A DNA stretch of 64,000 nucleotides, taken from NCBI GenBank assembly GCA_963744145.1, contig CAVUSO010000001.1, positions 3,776,001 through 3,840,000 on the forward strand, given 5' to 3'. The position numbers and the translations under genes are program-made. Of this stretch, positions 1 to 8,065 are shown piece after piece (position 1 is the first letter of the stretch; every line of letters starts with the position of its first letter). A model generated the notes under the pieces. That model did no database searches and was not told where the DNA came from. It worked only from the letters and a program-made list of their open reading frames with translations. Source of the stretch: an uncultured cyanobacterium. GTDB lineage: Bacteria; Cyanobacteriota; Cyanobacteriia; Cyanobacteriales; CAWUOF01.

Positions 1-586
1 CTTCAATATCCGCTATTTTTGTAAAACCTTGCCAATCCATTAATAAACGAATTTTTCCTTCAGTTTGAATGATTGACGCTAGGGGTTCTTCATATAATTT
101 GAGAACACCACTATCAAAATAAGCTGTGGAACGGCGATAAATTTTAGTACGTTCTAATATTTTGCGGAAAAATGTATTATATTTATCTATTTCTTTAGGT
201 AAATTAAATCGACGTTGGAAACTTTTTATTTCTAAAAAACTACCTGCTAATAAGGTTTTGTCTTTGGTAGAACTTTCTTTATGTAGAAATTTTTCTATAG
301 TGGGTAATTTGCTGTTGCGGAGCAAAGTAGCACTAGGGATATCTCCTTCTTTAATGGGGATATATTGAAATAATTTGCCAGTTCTTGGATCAATCCGCAG
401 CAGTTTATATGTTGCTTGTTGGTTACCAATTCCTAAGAATTTAACAACATTATGGAGTAAATTGTCAGCATCACGATGTTTGAAAACTAGCCAATATTGA
501 TTATCAACACCTTTAATGGCGCTACCTTCTAGTAGGTAATAAGGGCGTTGTTTACGAACTAAATCTTGGATAAAGTTTTCTAGCAT
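1..586 (-). CDS. 5' part of a large protein running off the window; N-terminus resembles PLD-like domain/SF2 helicase restriction proteins (not in ORF track)
   Basis: Manual translation from ATG at 586 is open to position 1 (195 codons): MLENFIQDLVRKQRPYY...KIYRRSTAYFDSGVLKLYEEPL...GKIRLLMDW. The YRRSTAYFDSG...IRLL segment resembles the Y-x-R-x-x-(G/A)-Y-F-x-S start of PLD-like domains in helicase-nuclease proteins. Confidence 0.6.
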   Translation of the reverse strand, partial: MLENFIQDLVRKQRPYYLLEGSAIKGVDNQYWLVFKHRDADNLLHNVVKFLGIGNQQATYKLLRIDPRTGKLFQYIPIKEGDIPSATLLRNSKLPTIEKFLHKESSTKDKTLLAGSFLEIKSFQRRFNLPKEIDKYNTFFRKILERTKIYRRSTAYFDSGVLKLYEEPLASIIQTEGKIRLLMDWQGFTKIADIE

Positions 587-678
587 GATTAGCTTATTTA
601 TTTGAGATTAATCATCTTGAGGATTTATCAATTCAATTTCAAAAAATAACTCGACCTTATTGCCAAACTTACCTATAA

Positions 679-1002
679 TCATATTCGTCCGCAGGTTCCT
701 GTTTGATTAAGCCTAAATATGGTTAGCTTAACATCTTGATTAGGATATTGATAGCGAATTTTTTTTAGTAACTCTTCTAGCTTAGGGTCAATCAAATAGT
801 TTTCACTATCTGGTTCAATCGCAATAAACCAATCTTTATACTGTGCCATTAATTCGGAGCGAACTCGTTCAAAAATTTTTCGACAACGTTTACCAAGTTC
901 GGTTCTTTTAGCTTTGCGTCTTGCTAGTTCTTCTGCTGGAATAGTGGATTCGGGAAATATTCTTCCTCGATGGACTTGGGGCTTACTGTATAGTTGGGTC
1001 AT
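679..1002 (-). CDS. small hypothetical protein
   Basis: 107-aa ORF with ATG start, co-oriented with neighbours; no catalytic motif recognised. Confidence 0.6.
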   Translation of the reverse strand: MTQLYSKPQVHRGRIFPESTIPAEELARRKAKRTELGKRCRKIFERVRSELMAQYKDWFIAIEPDSENYLIDPKLEELLKKIRYQYPNQDVKLTIFRLNQTGTCGRI

Positions 1003-1016
1003 ATCAATACTAGCGG

Positions 1017-1145
1017 TTAAGGAATAGTTTGGCGGGTAGCATCAAAAAAACGCAAGGCAGCATCAGGATTATTTTGGGTAAGGTAGTTAAAGATGTCGTC
1101 TAAATCCTGGTTGGCTTTGGGGGTAATAAAAATGCGTCTGGTCAT
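1017..1145 (-). pseudogene. parE: truncated ParE/RelE-family toxin (42 aa)
   Basis: ATG 2 nt after the parD stop; MTRRIFITPKANQDLDDIFNYLTQNNPDAALRFFDATRQTIP* matches the ParE N-terminus but stops at about half the usual length. Confidence 0.75.
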
Positions 1146-1147
1146 GT

Positions 1148-1399
1148 TTAAGATTGGGGCAGTTTTTGGCTTAATTCGGTGCGTTTATTTTGCCACCAAT
1201 CGTCAGTTATTTCAATGGGATTGCCACTGTCTAAACCTGCAATTAACATTTCTTCTAGACGCTGTTGAGCATGGTGTTTTTGGTCTTCTAAAATTAGGTG
1301 GTAGATGTATTCTTCGGTGTTGCTGTAACCACCTCGCGTAACTTGTTGGTGAATGAATTGGTGTAAGGATTCGGGTAAGGAAATTTGGAATTGAGTCAT
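1148..1399 (-). CDS. parD: ParD-family (RHH) antitoxin
   Basis: ISLPESLHQFIHQQVTRGGYSNTEEYI...LEEMLIAGLDSG pattern; directly upstream of the parE fragment. Confidence 0.85.
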   Translation of the reverse strand: MTQFQISLPESLHQFIHQQVTRGGYSNTEEYIYHLILEDQKHHAQQRLEEMLIAGLDSGNPIEITDDWWQNKRTELSQKLPQS

Positions 1400-1608
1400 A
1401 CTAGCTAGGGTTTTATACAGATGGGGTTAATTCAATTGTACATCTCGTTTTTGTTGGATTGAAAAATCAACACACCAACAGGTTGATCATCAATGGTTTT
1501 AGGCCAAGAAACGTTAGCCATAAGGTCGTTGGTTAAGTTGGTTATAGCACAATACAGTTCAGTTATACCAATTTCATAAATTAGCACTACAGAAGATTGT
1601 CCGGATTT

Positions 1609-1870
1609 GTAGGGGCAAAGCATTTCGGCAGATCCGCGATCGGCTTAACGAAAAAAATTCTGACCGAAATGCTTTGCCCAAGTATTTCGGCAGTAAAGCG
1701 CGATCGGCTTAACGAAGAAAATTCTGACCGAAATGCTTTGCCCAAGTATTTCGGCAGTAAAGCGCGATCGGCTTAACGAAAAAAATTCTGACCGAAATGC
1801 TTTGCCCAAGTATTTCGGCAGTAAAGCGCGATCGGCTTAACGAAGAAAATTCTGACCGAAATGCTTTGCC
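1609..1870. repeat. tandem array of four ~64-bp REP-derived units
   Basis: Unit AAGTATTTCGGCAGTAAAGCGCGATCGGCTTAACGAA(G/A)AAAATTCTGACCGAAATGCTTTGCCC starts at 1680, 1744 and 1808; the first unit opens with GTAGGGGCAAAGCATTTCGG. Confidence 0.95.
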
Positions 1871-1880
1871 GATCGCGTCC

Positions 1881-2013
1881 TAATACGGTTCGTTTAAGGA
1901 TATTTTGGGAGATATCGACGAAAAAGGGTGAAGCATTCGGGTATAATATTACCCGTTTGAACGTTCAATTATCGCCCGAATGCTTCACCCCTACAATTAA
2001 CCGAACCGTATTG
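1881..2013. mobile_element. MITE, 133 bp, with internal REP-like hairpin
   Basis: TIRs TAATACGGTTCGTTTAA / TTAACCGAACCGTATTG; 10-bp flanks GATCGCGTCC / GATCGCATCC (9/10 identical). Confidence 0.85.
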
Positions 2014-2062
2014 GATCGCATCCTTTTCACTGGCTGATATTGAAAGTTTTTTATTGAATGGA

Positions 2063-5000
2063 TCACTCTGGAATAGCTTCATCAATTAACTGCATTAATT
2101 TTATCGTCTCTTTGAGTGCAACAACTATACGCTGATAATGTTGGATATCTTCAGGGGTAAGAGTGCGTCCTTTACGATCCTTCAGCCATTTTTGACAAAC
2201 TTGATAACCCCCGACATAAAAGTTCCATACTTCTTCAGGTACTCCAGTAAATTTGTCTCCTTTTTTGTTAATTTTGACGCTGTTTTGCTCATATTTTGGA
2301 TGTCCTGGGTCAACTACGCGATCGCCCCCAGTTTCGATAAAATTGGTAATCAGTGTGTCAAGTTTAGGAGATTTCATTAAGTGTAGAGCAACTAGTTCTT
2401 CACCATAGGTGGAAAGCTGACAAAATAGTTTATTGTTGCTGGTAAGAGGAACACGAGGAAAGTCTATTTTTAGAAATTCGGCATAGCGAGTACGATAGGT
2501 TGGAGAATGAAAAACAGCATAGATATAGTAAAAAATTGCTTCTGCTGTGGGTAAATAGCCTAGCTTGTTAGTTATTGCTATGAGAAATTCTTCAGAGAAG
2601 TTAGAGCGGCGTTGTTCTTGTAATTCTTGAGGTTTATCTATATCGGGATAAATATAAAGAGGAATTGTAAAACCACGTTCACGAGTTTTATTTGAAACAT
2701 AACAATCATCTGCAACGTAATTTGTCACTAACGTATGTTGCCATGAATCGCTAATAACTTGTCTACAAATATGAAAACCAATATTAGTTTCTATTTCCAT
2801 ATGACGCATCACTTCTTTTCTTGGATATTCTGCAATATCTTCATGATGATAATATGATCTAGAATCAAATGGACGATAAGAAGATTTAATAAGATAATCT
2901 ATCCATTCAGTACGAGAACTTAGTTCTTTTCTCTTTTGACTTAATTTCCAATCGCGGGTATCTTCCAATCCATATTTTTCTCGTATAACTTCATCCGAGA
3001 TATTTGTATCTCTAAATTCCTCAATTCTTTTAAAAAGAGAAGTATAGTCAAAATCGTAGGCAAAATGATCACGATGAGTTTTAATTCCTGTTGCATTGAC
3101 TGGCATTAAATTAGTTATTTTCCATCCTTTTGAATACTCTGGTAAAAGCTCATTGTTTTGAGGAATAAAAAGAGAAAAAGGTTTTTGTGGTAAAAGGTTT
3201 GTCCAGTCTGTAGATGTAGGTAAAACATTATGGTTTAGTAGCCACTCATATTTAGAGCCTCTTGTACCGTATAAATGCGCGTGGTTGATTTCAGATGCTA
3301 TTGGATTTTCATCCTTTACCATAATACAAACCGCTACACCCTGCTGAATATCAAATACATTCTCATCCTTTGCTCTATCTAATGCTGTTTCTTTTTTCTT
3401 AGAATTTCCATGTAAATCAAGTACATGAATGCAGTTAAAACTTTTGGCTAAACTCTGTCGCATTCCCCGAAATGTAGGATTATCTAGATAACCGTGATTG
3501 GTTACAAAAGAAAGGATTCCTTTACCTGTTTTATCAATACGCCACTGTGAAAAGCGAATAAACTTAACATAGTCATCTAATAAAAGCTTAGGATTCTGCT
3601 CTTTTATCTCATCTTTAGGATAATAGCTATTTCGCACTAAATTTGTAGCCCATTCACTATTGTTTGCTGAATTTACCGAATAAGGAGGATTACCAATTAC
3701 TACCATTACAGGTATATCTAACTTTACACTTACTGCTGCGTCAGATTCCTCAGCAATAAATTCCTTAAATAATGTTTCCGATCGCCGTTTGGCATCATCT
3801 AGTGTATTAGTTAAATAAACGCCCAACCTTTGACCACTATCAAACAGATATCCTGTCTCTTCCAAAAATAATCCTAATTTAAGATGAGCGATCGCATAGG
3901 GAGCCATCAACAACTCAAACCCAAAAATCCTCGGTAATAACCTCTCCTTCACATATCCAGACCAAGACTTATCCTCTAAACCTTCAGTCAGAGCATCTGA
4001 TGACTCTTGAAAACGTTGATAAATTAATTGACAAATCCATAATAAAAACGTCCCTGTCCCACAAGCAGGATCAAGAATCATCACCTCTGGATCTGCTAAA
4101 CCCAAAGGTTTATTAAACTTCTCCTTGACTAAAATATCTACAGAACGAACCATATAAGAAACAACTGGTTCCGGTGTATAATAAACCCCCCGACGTTCTC
4201 GCATCTGTGGTTTATATGCTGCTAGAAAATCTTCATAGAACCGAATCACAATATCTTCCCGGTTCATTTTCATCTCAAAATCTGACAAAATTGCATCCAT
4301 CTTAGCAACACGGAGAATTCTAAAAATCTCCGCGATCGCACCAATCAAATCATCCCCCAATTCCTCAGCTTTACGTTCCGAGACATCCTTAAACAACTTC
4401 CGCAAAAAAGGGTTAGTTTCTGGTAACTGTTCCCAAGCTTTTTCTCGATTAAAATGAGTAGGTTTACTAATCCGTCCTTCTCGTTTATCCTTGACATAAC
4501 TAAATACCCTAGCTGTAAATAAAGCATAGGCAATAGTTTGGGCATAAATATCAGCAAAACTGTAATCTTTCTCATTATCTGCACTTAACTTTAAAGCAGG
4601 TAATAATTCCCTTTGAAAACTCTTAAGTAAATGGTGCAAATATCCATCTTCTTGCTCTTGTTTATAGACAACAGGAATAACTTGCTCAATATTACGAGCT
4701 GCTTTTGCTAACAATTGTGCTAATTCCTGAGCAGTTTTAATTGGTTCGTAAAATACCCACTCGACCAAAGGAACAGAAGTTAACCCCATCGTCGCGATCG
4801 GTAACTCATCTTGTCTAAGACGGTTTAAACGTGCTACCAATTGGGCATCATTTCTAGCAAAAGTTTGAATTTGCTTTGCTCGTAATCCTCCCTCACTAGG
4901 AAGAATTAAAGGTACTGTTCCAGTCACTGCTTGATTTGGTAACAGCAAATATATTACTGGTTGATCTTCTAAGATCCGATTTGTCCAATGTCCATATATT

Positions 5001-5263
5001 TCCTGTTGCTGTTCTTTTGCGCTCAAAAAACTTTTAGCTTCTGTGGGTGTTAAATCAGCAAGTTCATCATAAAAACCCACTGCAATTGGACAAGTTTCTC
5101 TAGCTTCATCTGCATTAGATCCTGGACGCAAATACCAAAACCTTGACCCGACCGGATCACGTTCTTTCACTGCATATCCCAACAGTTGTCGTAATGCTTC
5201 AATATAGCTATTTTCATCCTGATTTTGCATTACAGTTTGCAACTGTTCCTGAGTGAAAGCCAT
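2063..5263 (-). CDS. N6-adenine DNA methyltransferase fused to a Type ISP/IIG-like C-terminal specificity domain
   Basis: GVYYTP, ILDPACGTGTF (SAM binding), GNPPY (catalytic), DDYVKFIR, DFPRVP and GGYQVCQKWLKDRK motifs. Confidence 0.9.
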   Translation of the reverse strand: MAFTQEQLQTVMQNQDENSYIEALRQLLGYAVKERDPVGSRFWYLRPGSNADEARETCPIAVGFYDELADLTPTEAKSFLSAKEQQQEIYGHWTNRILEDQPVIYLLLPNQAVTGTVPLILPSEGGLRAKQIQTFARNDAQLVARLNRLRQDELPIATMGLTSVPLVEWVFYEPIKTAQELAQLLAKAARNIEQVIPVVYKQEQEDGYLHHLLKSFQRELLPALKLSADNEKDYSFADIYAQTIAYALFTARVFSYVKDKREGRISKPTHFNREKAWEQLPETNPFLRKLFKDVSERKAEELGDDLIGAIAEIFRILRVAKMDAILSDFEMKMNREDIVIRFYEDFLAAYKPQMRERRGVYYTPEPVVSYMVRSVDILVKEKFNKPLGLADPEVMILDPACGTGTFLLWICQLIYQRFQESSDALTEGLEDKSWSGYVKERLLPRIFGFELLMAPYAIAHLKLGLFLEETGYLFDSGQRLGVYLTNTLDDAKRRSETLFKEFIAEESDAAVSVKLDIPVMVVIGNPPYSVNSANNSEWATNLVRNSYYPKDEIKEQNPKLLLDDYVKFIRFSQWRIDKTGKGILSFVTNHGYLDNPTFRGMRQSLAKSFNCIHVLDLHGNSKKKETALDRAKDENVFDIQQGVAVCIMVKDENPIASEINHAHLYGTRGSKYEWLLNHNVLPTSTDWTNLLPQKPFSLFIPQNNELLPEYSKGWKITNLMPVNATGIKTHRDHFAYDFDYTSLFKRIEEFRDTNISDEVIREKYGLEDTRDWKLSQKRKELSSRTEWIDYLIKSSYRPFDSRSYYHHEDIAEYPRKEVMRHMEIETNIGFHICRQVISDSWQHTLVTNYVADDCYVSNKTRERGFTIPLYIYPDIDKPQELQEQRRSNFSEEFLIAITNKLGYLPTAEAIFYYIYAVFHSPTYRTRYAEFLKIDFPRVPLTSNNKLFCQLSTYGEELVALHLMKSPKLDTLITNFIETGGDRVVDPGHPKYEQNSVKINKKGDKFTGVPEEVWNFYVGGYQVCQKWLKDRKGRTLTPEDIQHYQRIVVALKETIKLMQLIDEAIPE

Positions 5264-5365
5264 TTCTACCTCTGATCAATAAACTATATTCGGTGATTTT
5301 AACTAGCTTTAATGCCAAGCGCGATCGGTATATTTGGGGCTCAGTTTCCTAACTGAGTCATAAAG

Positions 5366-5503
5366 CAATACGGTTCAGTTAAGAATTTTTTTTTGGAGAT
5401 CTCGGCGAAGAACCGGGCGAAGCATTCGGATCTAAAATTAACTGGTTTAAGTGATAAATTATCGCCCGAATGCTTCGCCCCTACAATTAACTGAACTATA
5501 TTG
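5366..5503. mobile_element. MITE, 138 bp, same family as 1881-2013
   Basis: TIRs CAATACGGTTCAGTTAA / TTAACTGAACTATATTG; internal GGGCGAAGCATTCGG...CCGAATGCTTCGCCCCTAC; degenerate 10-bp flanks AGTCATAAAG / TGTCATAGAT. Confidence 0.85.
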
Positions 5504-5639
5504 TGTCATAGATGGTTAGTCCTGGCTAACAGTCTGTCCCACAACCAAAAAAAGATATCCCTAGTCTGAAGATGCAGTTTTCCACTCCGATCCTGATAAG
5601 CTGATACCTAAAATCCAATTGCTTAAAGCTCTACATTTT

Positions 5640-6269
5640 ATGGAATGGCACATAACCGATGCCCAAAGTCTGGCAATTATCGATAGTGAAATTGGCGAAC
5701 ACGCATTTTCACCAGCAGAATATGAACTGGTGCGTCGAGTTATATATACTACTGCTGATTATGAATTCAAATCTCTCATTCGCTTTTCTGAGCAAGCACT
5801 ACAAGCTGGAGCCGCAGCTTTAGCCGCAAGGACTACTATTGTAGTTGATGTACCAATGGTTCAAGTTGGGATTGCCCCTAATATCCAAATCTCCTTTGCT
5901 AATCCTGTATATTGCAGCATGGAAGCACTGACTAGACCTCAAAAAGAAAAAAGTCGGGCTGCTTGGGGGATTGAAACTCTAGCGAAACGCTATCCAGAAG
6001 GGATTTTTGTGGTAGGTCAAAACCATACTGCATTAACAGCTTTAGTCGATTTAATCGAAGCTGACGAAATTAGACCAGCACTCGTCATTGGTACACCATC
6101 AGGTTTTGTCGATGTAGATGTGGCTAAAACTCGGTTGGCGGACTCCTTGGTTCCCCATATTCGGATCGAAGGTCGCAAAGGTAGTCCGGTGGTAGCAGTA
6201 GCGATCGTCAATGGTTTGGTAGACTTAGCATGGCAAGCATACGGACAAGAACGCACTGGTATCGGTTAG
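5640..6269 (+). CDS. cobH: precorrin-8X methylmutase
   Basis: RRVIYTTAD, ALVIGTPSGFV and GRKGSPVVAVAIVNGL motifs; ATG at 5640 preferred. Confidence 0.88.
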   Translation: MEWHITDAQSLAIIDSEIGEHAFSPAEYELVRRVIYTTADYEFKSLIRFSEQALQAGAAALAARTTIVVDVPMVQVGIAPNIQISFANPVYCSMEALTRPQKEKSRAAWGIETLAKRYPEGIFVVGQNHTALTALVDLIEADEIRPALVIGTPSGFVDVDVAKTRLADSLVPHIRIEGRKGSPVVAVAIVNGLVDLAWQAYGQERTGIG

Positions 6270-6270
6270 T

Positions 6271-6966
6271 TTAGCGCACTTTTTTTTTCCGCATCGGTTT
6301 TCTTTTTTGTTCACCTTGAGCAGATTGCAACTCACGACTGACTTGGATAAACACATTTCTCGCTAAATAAGGATAGTCACTGATCCAGAGATTACGACTG
6401 GGAATATAAATATCTGATATTTTGGCAAAACGACCTAAATCAGGCTGATTTGACATCACGATCATTTGGGCAATTTGTCCGGGAGCAACTAACTGGTGTT
6501 CACGACGTAAAGGTACTTGAAACTCACTGGAAAATCCGGTTTTATCTCCGATTTCTAAATTGAGTTTTCGTTCTCGATTTTCGACAATTACTAATTCTCC
6601 TTCAGTGTTCACGGTTTCTTCTGTACTAATGAGTTCTTCGGTAATAAAAGCATCTAAAATCTTTCCTTGCCAAAAACCGCTATAAGGATATTGGCGATAT
6701 TTAGCATTGCGACGACTCGCTAAGTAAACTGGACCCCACAGCCAATAGAGAGCCACAATCAGTTCTAATAAAAATCTGATTGGTCCAGTTTCGTCACTTT
6801 GGAATATAAATAAACCTCCAAAATAAAGCACGATGACGCTAACGATCGAAATTAGTAACCGATATAAGAAATCAGCAAATTTACCCCAGCAATATATGTA
6901 TTGTGGACCGGTCGCAAATCTGGGGATAAGTTCTTCAAATTTTTTCCGATTTAAGGGAATTAGCAT
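6271..6966 (-). CDS. conserved cyanobacterial membrane protein (2 TM)
   Basis: Two hydrophobic segments; ATGPQY...WG and YWLWGPV motifs. Confidence 0.7.
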   Translation of the reverse strand: MLIPLNRKKFEELIPRFATGPQYIYCWGKFADFLYRLLISIVSVIVLYFGGLFIFQSDETGPIRFLLELIVALYWLWGPVYLASRRNAKYRQYPYSGFWQGKILDAFITEELISTEETVNTEGELVIVENRERKLNLEIGDKTGFSSEFQVPLRREHQLVAPGQIAQMIVMSNQPDLGRFAKISDIYIPSRNLWISDYPYLARNVFIQVSRELQSAQGEQKRKPMRKKKVR

Positions 6967-7029
6967 AAGATGTTTTATTTGTCAAGTTCCTAGATGAGGA
7001 TTGGTCATCACCATCTAGTAATTAATCAA

Positions 7030-7857
7030 CTACAGGATTTTTTCTAATCCATAAATGAAAGTTTTGAGTTCAAGCACTTTACGAATCGCTAATAGCACTC
7101 CTGGCATATAGCAAGAACGATCGGAGGTATCATGTCGCAAAGTATAAATTTCTCCAGGTGCCCCAAAAATCACTTCTTGGTGGGCAATCAACCCAGGTAA
7201 GCGCACACTATGAATCCGAATGCCATCATCTGCTAAACTACCTCTAGCACCAGGGAGTTTTTCTGTTTCTGCTACCAACGGTAGATTATAGGTTTTACCG
7301 ATTTCTGCCAACAGTTGGGCAGTTTTGATTGCTGTCCCGCTAGGAGCATCTGCTTTTTGATTGTGGTGGAGTTCAATAATTTCCACATGGTCAAAGTAGC
7401 GCGAGGCTTGGATGGCTGCTTGTTGCAACAAAACCATACCAATGGAAAAATTAGGAATTAGCAAGCAACCAGTGCTAGCTTTATCCGCAAATTCAGCCAG
7501 TTCTTCAATTTGTGCTTGGCTCAGTCCAGTAGTACCAATTACTGGTCTAATCCCGTAAGCGATCGCTGCACGTACATTATTGTATACCGATTCAGGATGA
7601 GTAAAATCAACCATGACACTTAGCTGCTTTGCTTGAGCTGCAAAGGCTAAGGTTGATTCTAATTCATTAGTAACGGGAATTTCTAATTGGCCACATCCTA
7701 CTAATTCGCCAATATCTTGACCAAGATGTTCTGGATTACGATCTATTGCTCCTACCAGAGTCAGATCCGTAGCTCCAGCTACAGCCTTAACTACCTCGCG
7801 GCCCATTTTGCCGACAGCACCATTAACAATTACGGGAATGGGAAGATTTTGGATCAT
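7030..7857 (-). CDS. dapB: 4-hydroxy-tetrahydrodipicolinate reductase
   Basis: GAVGKMG, VDFT, IGTTG and [15 protein letters not shown] motifs. Confidence 0.97.
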   Translation of the reverse strand: MIQNLPIPVIVNGAVGKMGREVVKAVAGATDLTLVGAIDRNPEHLGQDIGELVGCGQLEIPVTNELESTLAFAAQAKQLSVMVDFTHPESVYNNVRAAIAYGIRPVIGTTGLSQAQIEELAEFADKASTGCLLIPNFSIGMVLLQQAAIQASRYFDHVEIIELHHNQKADAPSGTAIKTAQLLAEIGKTYNLPLVAETEKLPGARGSLADDGIRIHSVRLPGLIAHQEVIFGAPGEIYTLRHDTSDRSCYMPGVLLAIRKVLELKTFIYGLEKIL

Positions 7858-8065
7858 CGCTCACTACGTGCTTGCTCCTCTGGCCGATTTTTGGCAAGCG
7901 AGAAAACACGCCCTCCTAACTAATTTTAATTTTTGGGATAAATTGGACGAGAAGCTAGGGTTTTACCTAGAACTCATGATTAATTAACCCTACTTTACCA
8001 TCAGTGTTACCTCACCAATATTGTTGTGATTAAGATCAGAAGTTTTAGAATAGTGATCAACTCCA

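Noticed and set aside
162..1623. ORFs 162-368, 1093-1341 and 1432-1623
   Set aside because: Antisense to better-supported genes or running through repeat DNA
1609..1870. CRISPR array
   Set aside because: Units are nearly identical over their full length with no unique spacers; no cas genes in the window
1881..5503. Composite transposon carrying the MTase
   Set aside because: Each MITE has its own flanking duplication and the outer flanks do not match, indicating independent insertions
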